Assembly (NCBI GenBank): GCA_017499595.2 | Contig: CM039010.1 | Location: 868,001-932,000, forward strand | Source: Psilocybe cubensis | Taxonomy: Eukaryota | Direction of reading: 5' to 3' | Length of the DNA stretch: 64,000 bases | Part shown: positions 1 through 12,882 of the stretch, one piece after another | Position numbering within the stretch: the stretch's first letter is position 1 | Layout of the letters: every line of letters begins with the position of its first letter | Position numbers and translations under genes: made by a program | The notes under the pieces: generated by a model | Told to the model about the DNA's origin: nothing | Databases searched by the model: none | Seen by the model: only the letters and a program-made list of their open reading frames with translations

Positions 1-59
1 AAAATTCAACGTGCATTCTCAATGAAAGTGTAAATTTTCTTATGTATCTAACTTCAACC

Positions 60-1030
60 CGGATGGGTGTGTCTGCTCTCAGCGAATTTTTTTTCTTTTT
101 GAAATTCAAAGTTCGAGTTGAACCAGATTTCGGAGTTTAGAATTTATTTAGCGCCAACTTGGAGCCGCTGTGCCGGATGAGCGACTTGTTTCCCCGGACT
201 TCATGCCGAATGTATGACTCTAAAGCGGTACTTCAAACCGGGTTTCTCCGCAAGGAGGTTGTTTTCACACGGGACTTTTAAGTTTTAATCACGGATGCCT
301 CCGACGAACATTAGTCAGCTACCCGTTTCTGTTTCCTCTTATCCTTCCAACATGTTCCCCTGTTCGAGCCTCTTCTTAGCCTAGCAAACACACTCTTAGT
401 CTTCGACATCCTCCTCTACAGTACATGTCCCCAAACCACCTCTTTATACCCAGCATGCTTGAATGCATTGCGTGCCACATCTTGGCCGAGACTCTGAGAG
501 GGAATGTACATAACTGGCACTTGGGTGGCGAGAGCGACTCTGGAGTGTCCTCTCCTGTGTCCTGTTTCACACGTTTTATGATGGTGTTGTTTCTTTTTTA
601 ATAGTCAAGAGTCCTTCTTGGCCAGGCTGTCTCCCGTCCTCTAGCATGTCTTTGTCTCACGTTTCTAGCTCCTACCTCTGAACCGGACGAAACGCTTTGG
701 CGACCACGATAATCGCACTTTGCAATGCTGGATGCTGACGCTGGATTCTGGCTCTGGAGGGTTGCTTCTGATTTAGATATTGCTCCTTCGCCGTCACTAT
801 TGCTGCGAGGTCAAGGACAAGTGCGAGAGCGAAGGCGGGAGGATCGCTGAGGGTGGGCGTGCATGGGCACCAAATACTTCTCCATGATAACTTACAGGTA
901 TTTTGGGGCACTGACACGTCCATATCTGCTCAGACCTACAGTGTACACGCTCGCGTGATGATTGATGGAGATGATGATGATTATTTATTTTTGTTCTTCG
1001 CCCACCCCTGCACATCTCCTATCTTCTATC
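60..1030 (+). pseudogene. Degenerate F-box-like gene remnant (copy A), homologous to 4130-5000
   Basis: ATGCCTCCGACGAACATTAGTCAGCTACCC at 296 reads MPPTNISQLPVSV, resembling an F-box start, then frameshifts. Blocks align by eye with 4130-5000 (e.g. agcgccaacttggagccgctgtgccgg vs agcgccgattcaaagccgctatgccgg). The homology is clear; the F-box call is inference. Confidence 0.4.
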
Positions 1031-3376
1031 TAAATCTGACGTGGTCGTCGCAGTGGTCGCAAGAGTGGTAGTGAAGGTTTCTGTGACGGCTTCGACTGCT
1101 GTATAACGCGCGGACGTCCTTCGGTATCAACAAGGACTCTGGACGTGACTAGAGCGCGAATAGGACAAGGACGGCGGGATGCGGAGGGGGCAGGCGATCG
1201 GTGTGAAGCTTGGATTAAAATGTTGACGTTGACACTTGTCAAAGCAACTCGTCTTTGCTTATAACCACCAGCCATACTTGGCTATAACCAGCAAATTCTA
1301 CGGGTGGGTATACCCTCGCAGCATGGTATATTTCTTTGGATATGAAGAGGCTAAAGACGGTAATTGTATACGACGAAAGGAAGGGAAACGTAAAGCGTAT
1401 ACAGAGTACCGTATGTGCATGCATGTAGTGGTCCTCGAAATGCCGCCGGGATTTGCACCTGCCATCCTTGCGCCATGTCTATAGACTAAGTGCGCAAGAA
1501 CAATCTAGTCGTTCACGCATAGCGTGTCTGCTGATGAGTCCCACATTTATACACTTAAGAAGACCTTTAGGTCAAGATAGTGGTCGTGCAGGTAGATCGT
1601 ATGAGCCAGAAAGAAATTTGAAGGTCGACATTGTCAGACGCAGTGGAACTGCGCATACACTGAGCTCTGTTGAGATGCTACGGGTATCTATCGCAGCTGC
1701 CTCGGTTGTAACTGTGGTCATGCAATAATCGAAGAGTACCTACGCTCACAAAACGCACCACTATTACAATGCTTCTTCGATAATAGGAGTCACGTTGGTG
1801 GACTCGAGTCTTGAGGGAACAGAACATGGTGTACGGCAGCACTGAGGAGCGTCATGAAAGACGTCAGACTCCCACAATACAAGTTATTAGAACAACCAGA
1901 AGAGTCTGCCTAATAGTTCGGCATACTAATCTGCTACTGCCTTTTTGCATGGACAAATGAAGATAATTTTCAAGTTGGTATAACTTCGAGTTTGATTTTT
2001 TGCCAGCGTCGCACGTCGTCTGGTACGTATGACACTTACTAAGTACTCGTTTATAGGGAGTCAAGTTCCGCGTAATTTTTTTATTTAGATACTGTGAATA
2101 AGTAAAAATGAACGGTGGTGAGAGCACTAAGTAGCAGTAACCCCTCGAAGAGTAAAAATAAATTGCAGTCGAACACGCTCAGGCATGATTTGGGAATGGG
2201 GTATTTTCCAATGCCTATTATTATCAAGAAGCTGGCCATCTATTTCTCATACCAGCCAACCCAGGGTTCGAAGAAGCCCAGGGCGTCTGTCGGCATCCAA
2301 ACATGATCGAGACGGCACGGAAAGAAGAAGTCGGACATGAAATCGTGACATAGGACCTATCACCTATACTGATCATATTCAGCAGAAATAGGTTCAAGAT
2401 GCATCAATCGTGCTCAGCTGACTGAATTAGAGAGTGGTTTGTTTGGCGCTCATTATGTATAAGGTGATAGGGGCTAGTACAGAGAACGGGTATGTACCGA
2501 GAGGACCCACCACTGTGAACTTGACGAGAAGCAAGGATTCTGATGCAGCATGAATTTTGGGCAGAGGTGTAGATGGTTCGTGTTCTTCAAATTTAAAATG
2601 GGCTGTTGGTCGTCGCATTTTCCCGTGGAAAAGGGGACACGCATGCAATAGGTTGGATCCATTCTCCGATGTCAGCCTTGTTGCTCCAGTCCATACACGT
2701 ATACAATCACATAGTTATTTTAGAAAATCAAAATTCAAAGCATCGAATCCTGCAGAAAATGGTCTTTCTTATTTGAATATTAACAAAGCTTTAATTTGGT
2801 AGTAGATTGCCTGGAAATTAAGAAGGTGGTGAATATCTCTAGATTAACGAGATCTCCTTACGTCGTCATTTTCCTAAATGGCTCGAAGCAAACGAATACT
2901 CAACTCCTATTCAAAGAATTTACAAACCACTTATCAGCAGTAATTTTGAAAATGACCAGCCGTGGGACGAATGGCTGACCTACCCTGCTGTGCGGCATGC
3001 GTCATTGCAAGGCATCTATTCTAGGACCCACAACGTCTTCTTTCATTTGTTTTGTGTCTTCTAGTAAAATTTAGGAGTCTTGTACTGTCCTGGACGCTGG
3101 AAGCTATGACACGGAAAACCTAAGGGCGCATGCATGCGCTGAGCCGAAAGAAAGCTCTGAAAATTTTGGGAATTTGTAATTATGGAAGTCCAATGTAAGT
3201 TACGAGTACGAAAATGCCGACACGACAGTGGGGGATGTTCAAAAATAAGAACTTCTGGGAAAGCACTGTCCGAATAGCAGTATTATGCACAGACGTATCA
3301 GATCTCTGGGGACTCCATCCAAGCAATAATCACTAACAAATATTATTGATTATCTAAAAAGTGCATTGCAAAGAGG

Positions 3377-3382
3377 TATAAA
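3377..3382 (+). promoter_or_regulatory. Putative TATA box of the hydrophobin gene
   Basis: TATAAA about 105 nt upstream of the ATG at 3483, followed by an A/C-rich leader. Confidence 0.5.
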
Positions 3383-3482
3383 GAAGAGACTGGCATCGAC
3401 ATAACTCTTCAGAAAGACAACGCCTTTCAAACCAACAGCTTAGCTTTAGCTTCAGAACACAAACACCCAACAAACAGCAAAC

Positions 3483-3958
3483 ATGAAGTTCACCTCCGCC
3501 ATCGCTGTTGTTCTCGCTGCCCTCCCCATCATGGTCTCCGCCGCCACGACGGCCACAAATGCCGCCGACGCGTGCACGCAAGCCTGCTGCGACGCTATTG
3601 TTCCCGGCGTCAGACCCTCTGGAAACGTTGGCAGTAAGTCGTTATTCTTGACAAGTTATATCATCCCGCTCGCTGCATTGCATTCAATGGGCTCTAACAA
3701 TGTATGCGCTACAAAATGAATACTGATCGCTGATTGCTTTTCTGTTTTATTTCTTTTGAACAGTCAACTGCCATGCGGACAGCATTGGAGACTGTGGATT
3801 CACGGGCCAATTCCTCACATGCTGCGCGCGTATTGTACGTGACTCGCGAACTTTGATGATACCTGAAATGCAATATTGACTCTACTTTTTTGCTTGCTTG
3901 CACGCAATTTTAGGGGACCCCTGGAGCTAAGAGTGGAACTGGTCTTGGCTGCAATTAA
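3483..3958 (+). CDS. Hydrophobin-like small secreted protein, 88 aa, 3 exons (3483-3633, 3764-3834, 3914-3958)
   Basis: Signal-peptide-like N-terminus. GT-AG introns join in phase to give MKFTSAIAVVLAALPIMVSAATTATNAADACTQACCDAIVPGVRPSGNVGINCHADSIGDCGFTGQFLTCCARIGTPGAKSGTGLGCN, which has the hydrophobin C-CC-C-C-CC-C pattern. Confidence 0.85.
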
Positions 3959-4129
3959 ATGGATGTGTGCCGAGGCATCGGGAAAAATATGCATATGTCG
4001 TTAGCAAAGGAAATGAAAATTACGCAGATAATGAAATGTTGATTGCCGTTGAAACGATGATGGAAATGAAATACGGTTAAGGTTCATTAACATTTTCAAT
4101 GAGATTGTGATTTTTTTGCGTCTTCAAAC

Positions 4130-4719
4130 GCGGTGCGTGTGTATACTCAGCGACCTTCTTTTTTTTTATTTGAATTTCAAAGTTCAGTTATTGGAGGTTT
4201 AAGTTTCTTAGCGCCGATTCAAAGCCGCTATGCCGGTTGATAAAGCGCCGTCACTCCGACTCCGACAAACCATTTCACATTTTCACACGGGTCCCATTAT
4301 CAGTGCACAGATGCCTCCGACTACGTTAGTCAGCTCTCCTTCTGTTCTCCTCTTATCATGCACCCCTTCCCTTTGTCTCTCTTCTCTCTTCTCATCCTAA
4401 CAAACACCCTCTCAGCCTTCGACCTCTTCATCTACAGTACACACCAACCAAATAACCGCTCTATATCTTATACTTGATGACCATGCCCGACATGCTTGTA
4501 TGCGTTACAGTTACTCCCGGTCCAGGTGCCACAGGCTCTTGTCTGAAACTAGGCTAAGACTCCGAGTTTATACATCCGGCTCTTGGGCAGCACCAGCGAC
4601 TCTTGAAGCTTGAGGTGTCTTCTTCCTCGCCTTGTTTCACACGTACAGTGATGGTGTTGTTGCTCTGTATCAAACTAAACTCACGCGCAGATGGAGATGC
4701 AAGATGAGATGGAGGCGGT

Positions 4720-4756
<37 letters not shown>

Positions 4757-4815
4757 GCGTGTCCATTTCGAACCGCCTGAATTGCTTGACGAGCGCAAGC
4801 AACAAGCAGCAAGCA
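4130..4815 (+). pseudogene. Degenerate second copy (B) of the 60-1030 segment
   Basis: atgcctccgactacgttagtcagctc at 4311 matches 296; other shared blocks include gatggtgttgtt and ctacagtaca; interrupted by a poly-G tract. Confidence 0.5.
4720..4755 (+). repeat. Poly-G tract (36 nt)
   Basis: Direct reading of the sequence. Confidence 0.95.
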
Positions 4816-5990
4816 GAGGGGCGTGCAAGGGCACCTAGATACTTCTCAGCGATACCTTGCGTCCGCGCAGACGGAGTGTATGCGCGCGCGCGCGCGCGCG
4901 TGTGTGCGTGTGTATGTGCGCGTGATTATATTATTGCGGGAGATTAGGGAAAGGTGATCGTTTGCCCGCCCCTAACATGCCTAGTTTCTGCTCCTAGTTT
5001 CTGGATTCTCGCTTCTGGATTCTGGATTCTGGATCCTGGGATCATCAACATCAACTTGAGGACAGGAGGTTATAGTGCGACGAGGGAGGGGGCGTGCAGG
5101 GCACCTAGATGATACTTTGTCAGCAACACTTCACAGACACGTCCGCTCAGCGTATATGCGCGCGCGGGGGTATACGTGTGTCAGTGATTATTGCGGGAGA
5201 TGAATTTTTAACTTCGGGGTTGTACTCGCCCCCCCCCCCCCCCTCCCCCCCTCATACTCATATTTCTAGTCTCTCCTCCTAGGTTATGGCTTCTGTCTTC
5301 TGTCTTCTATATTCTGGCTTCTGGCTTCTGGCTTCTGGATCCTGTCTCATGGAGTATGGGGAGATCAATATCAACGCGAGGACAGGAGGTTATAATGCGC
5401 AGAGCGGATGGGCGTGCAGGGCAGATAGATGATACTTCTTCAGCAAACATCTCACGGATTCGAATACGTGCGTCTGTGATGATTGCGGGAGATAAATTTA
5501 ACTTTGTCTCCTTGCCCGCCCCTCATCCTCGTACCTGGATTTTGGACCCTGGGGAGATCAACGCGAGGACGGGAGGTTATAGTGCGCCGAGGGAGGGGAG
5601 GCGCGTGCAGGGCGCCCGAGTTGATTCTCAGCAAAACTTCACGGATATGAATACGTGAGTCTGTGATGATTGCTGGAGATAAATTTGACTTTTGTCACCT
5701 TGCCCGCCCCTCATCCTTATCCTCATCCTCGTATTTCTAGTCTCCAGTTTTCTCTTCGTCTTATTAGCGCCTGGCTTCTGGATACTGGATCATGGGGAGA
5801 TCAACATCAACGCGAGGGCGAGGGCGGGAGGTTATAGTGCGACGGCGGTGGGGAGGGGAGGGGCGTGCAGGGTAGATAGAGTATTCTCAGCAACACTTCA
5901 CGGATGCGTCTGCTTAGCGTGTATACGTGCGTCAGACGTCTGTGATGATTGCGGGAGATGAACTTTACGCGGGTGCCTTGTTCGCCCCCC
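4815..5990 (+). repeat. About five degenerate tandem units of ~190-320 bp
   Basis: Recurring GCGTGCA(A/G)GG...TTCTCAGC...TGATGATTGCGGGAGAT...GCCCGCCCC...TTCTGGAT...GGAGGTTATAGTGCG near 4818, 5090, 5410, 5602 and 5862; homologous to 853-1020. Confidence 0.85.
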
Positions 5991-7690
5991 TTTTCCTTTT
6001 CAACTTGTGTCTCCTAATAGTGCCTTCTAGTGTTTTCTAGGCATGTTTAATTCCTAGGCAGATCAAGGTGAGGGTATACAGGATACGCGGGGAGGACCCG
6101 GGCGTGTAAGTGTAAGTGTAATGGCTCTTTGGATCTTTACTTGTACTAGTACTTCTTGGACTTTGTAATAGCTTGCTAGTTTGGCGGAGTTGAGCTTGGA
6201 CTTGGACTTGGAGTTTGGAATCTGGAGTTTGGAGTGTATGCGCTCTGTGTGTGCGTGCAGCAAAAACGCAAACGTAAAGCGTGAAGAGGGAACTGTCTAC
6301 CATACTACTACATAACATGCGTACAAAAGTGCTATTTACATATATGTATGTATGTGATAGCCCATGAGATGAGGCTGCTGAGTACGCGATCATGCCTATA
6401 CCCATGTCCGGTTCTAGATCTAGAGTGTGGTCCAGTCCAGTCCAGCCTAGTCCGAGTCCGAGTCCTCTTGACCCGCATCTGGGTTATCCTCATCGCCATG
6501 TCTATCGCTATCAGCGCAGGGTGTAATAGAACCATCTCATCGTCTTACGGTCTTACGGTCTTACGGTCATGTAGTGATTCTTGGTGATAAGATACCTGAC
6601 GAGTAAGAGGTTAGGAAGGAAGGAAGGTGGTTTGGAGATGGGTTAATAAGTCGAGGCTCAAAGTTAAGGCCTTGAGACTCGAGGGGACATGGTGGGTAGC
6701 CGTAGATGCTAGTGGTTCATGGAGGTTAGATATTAGATATTAGATATTAAATTGTCGATGGACTAGGAGGGGGAGGGTGGATGGCGTGATACTGGTACAA
6801 GTAGTATACAAGGGGTGATTTCGAGAATCGCCTTCGAGAGTCGTTCCACTCTTTCAGTTTTCAGAGTCAGAGTCAGAGTCAGAGGCACTGGGTCTGGGTT
6901 TGGAACGCGGGATGTGGGGGATGCAGTTGTGCACTTGCAGTGTGCACTGCTCGCGATCGATCGAGTCTGACCGACGGGATTGATTGAGTTGATATTGATA
7001 TTGATATTGGAGCTGTCGCGACCGCGACCGCGAGTCGCCGCTGCCAGGCTGGGAGTATATAGGTCCGTAGGAGGGGTGAAGGGTTGAAGTGAAGGGTGTA
7101 CATAATACTAGTACCTAATTTAATATATCATATATCATCGTTCGCGAGGGGTCGCAACAACCGCGCGGGAGTGTTGTGTCGTGTGTCGGCATGCCATGTG
7201 GGGTTTAATCGATGTCATTGTAGTTGTAATGTGCCTCAGCGTTGGGCAGTTGGAGTAAAGAAATTATTTTAATAGCGGGCGGGAGGGATGCGGGTTATAG
7301 GCGCAGGCACACCCGCTCCGTCATAAATCACAATCACAATCACAATCACAATCACAGTCATACGACAGTGTACATAAATGCTGTCTGAACTCTGAAGTCT
7401 GTCGATTTTCATTTTTTGCTCCGAGCTTTTTTGATCGCCTCACCTCATCCAATACGTACGTACGGTAACATCACACCAACACCGCTCCGCCGATCTTGGT
7501 TTTAGTTTAGATTCAGTCAATACCTCCCGGCCCTCCTTCCTAATTCTCTCCTCTCCTGAATCCCGCCTTGTGCAGTTTCACTACCACCACCACCACCTCG
7601 CCTCCCTCCACTCCTCCCTCCACTACCACTACCACGCCCACCTCTCCTTACTCCCCTTGCTATCCCCCGCTACACGCAACGACGACGACG

Positions 7691-9044
7691 ATGACCGTCA
7701 AACGAACCCCTTTCTACAGTGAGTCCCCTCTCCCCCCTCCCTCGGAGCTAATTATAGCCCCTATTCCTCGTTATGCTATGCATGTTGGATACCCCGCCAA
7801 GAGATGCTGAAGTTGAACACTCGAACGCTGACGCTGACGCTTCTTTCCTCTATGTCTACCTATCTGCCTCCTCCAATGTGCAACTCGCAACTCGCAACTT
7901 GCAACTTGCAACCCTGCCCACCCGCCCACTCGCCCTATTCGCTATGCTACGCCCGCCCGTCCTGTTCGATGTGCTACGCCCGCCCGTCCTGTTCGATGTA
8001 CTTCGGTACTACGTCTACCAACACACAAACGAAACGCATGAACGTACTACAACCGTGTAAACTCTCCAACACTAACCGCACCGACACCAAACGCACAAAC
8101 TCAATCCCAACCCAAACCAAACTCTGCAACGCCAAACCCAAACTCTGCAACGCCAAACCCAACCCCAACCCCAAATGAAACGCAAACTCATACGAAACCC
8201 AACCGCATACGAAAACCCCAACCCCAAACGAAAAGGCCTTGCGCTCTTCACAGCCGTCCTCCAAAGCGTGTTTGGCGTCCTCGCGGGATTCGTGAATGGG
8301 CGGAGTCCGTACCTCTGTGCGTCTTGTTTCTTGTTTCTTTTGTGGTTTTTGGTTCTGTTTTGTGGTTCTGGTTTTGGTTGTGGTTCTGTTTTGTGGTTTC
8401 TGGCTTTTGGCGTTTTTTTGTGTTTTATGGGTGTTTTATGGGTGTTTTATGGGTGTTTTTTTGGCGTTTTTTTTTTTTTTTTTTTGCTGTTTTGTGAGTT
8501 TTGTTTTGTCTGTGTTTTCTGTTCCGCGTCTGTTTCTGTTTTGGCTGTACTCTGTTTTTTCGGTGTTTTGTCTGTGTTTTTGGTGTTTCGGTATTCTCTG
8601 TTCGCCTTCTCGCTGTTCTCTCTTCCCTCCTCACTCTCTCTTTTCTCTTTCTTTTTTCTGCCGCTGGAGGTTTGCTGGTGCCTTTGATTTTACCTTCTTC
8701 GGCTCTAGCTTCAGTTTTGTGCTTTGGTTTTGGGGTTTTTCTTTCCATCTTGTGATTGCCTTGGCTCTATTTCGCGGTTCCCCTTCATTTTCACTCCATT
8801 TCCTCCATTTCCTTCGTTTTCCTCGTTTCCTTCGTTTCCTTCGTTTTTTTTTTTTTGGATTTGGATTTGGCTTTGGCTTTATTTTATTGCGGACGGTTTG
8901 ACGGGAGGCTGACTTACTCTTTACTCTTTATTTTTACTCTAACTACACTCGACTCGACTGACTCGACCGACTTTCCTACTACAACGCACGCACTACACGC
9001 ATTCACTACACCCAACACCCAACACGCACCCAACACCCAAACCC

Positions 9045-9075
<31 letters not shown>

Positions 9076-10481
9076 ACCCAACCCAACGCGCAAATGCGAA
9101 CACAGACATATTCGGCAAACTAGCCGGTGCACTCTCGATCGCGACGTGGGTGTGGATCGCTATTCTGTGAGTCCCGTCAGATATTGTTTGATGTAATGTG
9201 TAATTTCGGTGGTATATTTTTGGTGTGGAGTTGGTGTTGTTGCGCCGTGTGTAGTGTGTAGTGTGTTGCCATTTGACTGCACTGGATTGGATTGGACTGG
9301 ATTGGCGCTTACTCTCTTTTTTTCTCTTTTTCTCTCGACTCTCTCTCGATGTTATATCCCCTTTGCGTCTCGACGCGACTCAACTCAACTCAACACTCAA
9401 CTCGACTCAACACCCAACTCAACTGAACGCGTCCAAACACGTCCAACCCCATCTAAACCCGCCCATTGAAACGCCGTGACTATGCACACCAACTGCCAAC
9501 TCCACCCTTCGTCTTCGCCCTCGCCGTCATGTATTTACATTCGCGCCTGTGCTTATGCTCGCGCTCGGCCTCGCGCGTGTACTTGTACTTGTACTCGCGC
9601 TCGTGCATACGCTCACGCATATACGAATACACGAATACATGCCCACACACACGCATACACGCGAACAAACGCACGCTACCCACGCATACCCACACACGCC
9701 TACACGGAACAAACGCACGCGCGCACGCGCACGCGCATCATACAGCCTACGATTCAACAAACGCCCGCAATCAAGCCACTTCCTGTGTCGCTCCTATGCG
9801 CACTTTACGTCGTTTGTGGTTTTTGCTGTTGTTTGGGTTGGTGAGTTCTATGTCTTTGGGTTTTGTGTGTTTTGGGATATAGTGTATCTCTTTTTACTGT
9901 GTACTGTGCACTGTTATCTGTGCCCTGTCCTCGAGTTTCGTTTCACTGTTCCCGATTTTTTTTTTTTATTCAAATTCCCATTTTGTTTTATTGTTTTATT
10001 CCAATACCCACTCCATATCCCCGGTTTTCCACTCCTACTTATAATCATACTCATATCCCTACCCCTTCCTTGTCCTTGTTCTTGTGTACTTGTGTTCTTG
10101 TGTCTGTCCCTCCTTCTCTGCGTTCCCATTTCAATTGATGTTTTTTTTTTCTATTCCTCTATTTCTATTTGATCTCATTTCATCTAACTGACTTGTCTTT
10201 CTCTCTCTCTCTCGCCTCCCTTCCCCGCTCCCCCTCTCTCTCACATCACATCCACACACCCATCCCACATTACCCCCTCCTCCTCTCACATTGCCATCAC
10301 CATCAAAAATCAAATAAAAAATCACATCAAAAAAAAAAAATTCAAAAAACACCAGCAACAGGAATAATGCTAGCAACCCAAATGCCATACGAATGCAGCG
10401 CCAAAACGCTCTGGTGCGCCGCGGCGAGCTTTTCGAGCGCGTTGGGCTTTTGTACGGGTGTTTTGTGTGAGTTGTTTTCTG

Positions 10482-10537
<56 letters not shown>

Positions 10538-11438
10538 AGAAATTGGTTTTTTGGTATTTTTTTTTGTGCCTTTGTGTGTGTGTTTTTCTTTCTCCTTTTT
10601 TTTGGGAGGGGGTCGTTTTTGGGAGCGTTTTTTGGGTTTTTTTTTTTTTTTTCGTTGTTCTCGCGTCATCTGGCGCCTCGCGTCTGATATCCCGGTTAAC
10701 GGTTAGCGCTTGGTGGTTAGCGGTTGCGAACTGGTGCTCAGCGCTCAGACCCAGACCCAGACCCAGACCCAGGCCGAGAACGGGAGCGAGAACGAGAGTG
10801 GGACTTGGCCAGCCACTTTATCACGCTCACGCTCACCCTCACGCTTCGGTGTCTTCTGCCTTCTCCAACGAAGGCGAAGTGGAAGTGTAGAAGCAGAAGC
10901 GCAGAAGTAGAAGTCGAAGAGCAAGCGCTGAACTTGAGTGCAGAAGTTGGAAGTTGGGAAGTAAAGGGGCACGTCCGTGTCGTTTTTGACGATGACACGC
11001 GCACGCACGTATCACATCAGGCTGATTGCTTCGTTGTGTGCTCTCGTAACGTTGGGTTGGGTTGTGTTGCTTTGGGATAGCGACGGAAATCGCTGTCTGA
11101 TTTGTCCTCTATCCCTGGGATTTGAAGCCGGGACTTGATTACAGCAGCGTAACGTCTCTCTTTTATTCTTTTTTTTTTCTCTATTTTTCTCTATATTTGT
11201 GGTTCGTTTGGATTTGGATATGTTGCTGATCACTTTTTTTTTTACTTTGTATGACTCCTGCCTCTATCTCTAACAACACCAACGAAAAAACCAAAAAAAA
11301 AAAACAGCCATAGCAGCCGCATACATAATCTACACACACGCCTCCGCCTCGGGCGCGGGGCTCTCTGTGAACGTGGCGCAGATTGATAAGCGCGAGCGGG
11401 AGGTTGAGGATGTTGATTTTGGGTGTGGGTCGCCTTGA
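7691..11438 (+). CDS. Small multi-pass membrane protein, MARVEL-like 4-TM topology (exons ~7691-7718, ~7758-778x, 8236-8304, 9106-9166, 9746-9840, 10356-10466, 11308-11438)
   Basis: Exons 3-7 join in phase across GT-AG sites: LALFTAVLQSVFGVLAGFVNGRNIFGKLAGALSIATWVWIAILLRFNKRPQSSHFLCRSYAHFTSFVVFAVVWVATGIMLATQMPYECSAKTLWCAAASFSSALGFCTGVLSIAAAYIIYTHASASGAGLSVNVAQIDKREREVEDVDFGCGSP*. N-terminus is MTVKRTPFYTPIPR. The exon 2 donor is uncertain and the family call is inference. Confidence 0.75.
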
Positions 11439-12882
11439 TGAGGCTAGATGGTTCCGGATGGGAGTTGCTAAAGTGCGGAGCGTTTGAGTTTGAAAGGAGA
11501 AGGAGGTGGGCGGGCCGCGGTGTAGATGAAGTGATGCCTTTTTGCTTTTGTTTCTTTTTTTTCCTTTTTGGTTTTTTGTGATTTTTGATGATTGACGATG
11601 GCTTGCAAGACGACGACGACGGCGGCGGCGGCGGCGATGACCTTTCCTTAATCCTTCTTCACTTCCCCCTTTATCTCATCTCATATACAGCGCTCTCCAA
11701 CCATCATCCCCTTCTCATTCTATGTCGTCATTATTATTCTCCGTCCCCCTCTCCCTCTCTTGTGTTTTGTTGTTGTTTGCCTGTTGTTCGTTGTCTGTCC
11801 GTTTGTCGGTTGTTTGTTTGTTGTCGTTTGTTGTTGCTATACCATATCGCTCTCACATACCCACCCCCACCCCCACATCCACATCCATCCATACCCACAC
11901 TCCACCACCCCGCCACCCTCCATCCCACCCATCCCATCATGCATCCCATCCCTTCCCCTTCCCAACACTTCACATCCCATATCATCCCATCACACACCCG
12001 GCTGACTGACCGACTGATCGCGCGACAGCCAGTCCCTGTACGACCCTATTTCATCCCTATTTCGTTTCGTTCTTACCTCTACTCTACTCTACTTCACCTC
12101 TACTTCACCTTCGCCTTCGCCTTCAAAGCTTCAGCCTTCAAGCTTCACCGGTCACCCTTCACATTCACCTTCACGTTCACATTCAAGGTCTCGCCGCGCC
12201 GCACTGGTGACTGGCATCACATGTTATTCTACTCATACATGCCCTCCGCCTCCGCCTCTTCCAAATCGGTATTTGATGATGCCCCATCATCCATTCCCGC
12301 CTTTAGGTTCAAGATCGAATCCGAGTCCTCTCATTTGTGCGGCTGGTAGTTGGTTCGTTCCGGTTATTATTTGACCAACTCAACTCCAGCGGCATATCGA
12401 GCTTCGAGCATCGAGCATTGAAACTCGGTTCTCGCTTCATCGCCTTGCTGAGCCGCCCTTGCTGATACATCCCAATCCCCAACTCCACGCATACATCCAT
12501 CCATCGTGTTCTTCGCCGCTGTATATAGTATATAGTATATCATCATAAACCCACCACTGCATTATAGACTTTTCTTTGTTCCTAGTTTCCATTTTGCGTT
12601 TTCCGTTTTCTTTTCATCTTACTTTTTCCTGTTCGATTCGGCTGTTTTCTAGTAAACTTTTTTGGTCTCTTTTCTTTTTTTTTTCTTGGTCCTTAGTAGG
12701 TCCTTAGTACGGGTACAGTTAATTGTCCTTGAAGTGAAAAGTAAAAGTAGGTTAAATACCACCACCACCACAACGCTACCGCCAGCCTGAGTAACAGTTT
12801 GGTCCTGCGTGTCGTAACTCGTTTACGTTGCCGTTTATTACGAGTACGTGTGTCTTGCGTCTTGCGTCTTGCATCTTGCCAC

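Noticed and set aside
1531-1545. CTGATGAGTCCC, resembling a hammerhead ribozyme core
   Set aside because: No complementary stem II strand followed by GAAA downstream
4815-5990. CRISPR-like array interpretation of the recurring motifs
   Set aside because: Eukaryotic DNA; units are long and degenerate, lack unique spacers, and no cas genes are present
7568-12349. Many 60-254 aa Phe/Val/His/Thr-rich ORFs in the ORF track
   Set aside because: They are translations of microsatellite-rich introns and UTRs; only short in-phase exons give a coherent protein
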